A stretch of DNA of 20,993 bases from Octopus sinensis (taxonomy: Eukaryota). The stretch lies in the NCBI RefSeq assembly GCF_006345805.1, contig NW_021823852.1, positions 1-20,993 of the forward strand, in the 5' to 3' direction. The translations under genes were made by a program, and so were the position numbers. Below are positions 20,521 through 20,993 of the stretch, in pieces; position 1 is the stretch's first letter; the number at the start of each line of letters is the position of its first letter. Under the pieces are notes generated by a model. It was given only the letters and a program-made list of their open reading frames with translations. It did not search any database and was not told the DNA's origin.

Positions 20521-20698
20521 GGCGCAGGTGTGGCTGTGTGGTAGGTAACTTGCCTACAACCACATGGTTTCAGGGTCAGTCCTACTGCGTGGCAGACCTT
20601 GGGCAAGTGTCTTCTACTATAGCCTCGGGCCGACCAAAGCCTTGTGAGTGGATTGGTAGACGGAAACTGAAAGAAGCCCGTCGTATATATGTATATAT
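20521..20698 (+). mobile_element. SINE family B (CORE-like) 5' half
   Basis: GGCGCAGGTGTGGCTGTGTGGTAGG (A box TGGCTGTGTGG), GGGTCAGTCC (B-box-like), ACCTTGGGCAAGTGTCTT (CORE-like); ends in TA repeats. Confidence 0.85.
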
Positions 20699-20993
20699 AC
20701 TCAGTCAGAAAACAGGAATATGAAGCTATCATTTTGCACGTGTTGTCAACTGTAAACAAAAGAAACATTGGTAGGATTCTGCTTTGCGCGCACCATATCA
20801 CCTTTCATAACTTTTTTATTTTTTGCAATGTTCAGGAATTTTGTGTGAATTTGCATTCTACACACAGGAATTCGTACGATCATGCAAAAGACAAAAGAGA
20901 TTAAATTTTCGTGCGTGATTTAAGGCCTGATTTAGAAGTAGCTGTCATTTTTTAGCTGATCCATGATCACCCCATACCGTATGTTTTGAGCAT

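Noticed and set aside
1-20993. CRISPR array, operon or prokaryotic defence-type system
   Set aside because: No regularly spaced repeat-spacer array and no gene-dense region; the sequence is eukaryotic repeat-rich DNA.

Overview
Eukaryotic, AT-rich, microsatellite-saturated non-coding DNA, intergenic or inside a large intron. The SINE families and the (TACA)n/(AAT)n/(TA)n arrays look like Octopus or another coleoid cephalopod; this is inferred from recalled repeat families, not from a search. I find no intact protein-coding gene, RNA gene or CRISPR array. Nearly all ORFs in the track are translated microsatellites or antisense reads of decayed transposons. The window is a transposon graveyard containing a full-length dead mariner with TIRs and TA duplication (5000-6241), a complete non-autonomous Helitron (8399-8786), fossil R4/Dong, CR1, RTE and Penelope (GIY-YIG) coding fragments, and about ten tRNA-derived SINE copies from four families. 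The most notable structures are a ~425-bp fold-back palindrome (617-1042), a nest of elements in (AAT)n tracts including two copies of a ~530-bp non-coding element (1678-4765), an inverted SINE pair able to form dsRNA (19790-20700), possible hammerhead and HDV-like ribozyme remnants, and a Hox/PBX/MEIS-motif-rich unique segment. I cannot support a new multi-gene system here. All alignments and translations were done by eye, so identities are approximate.
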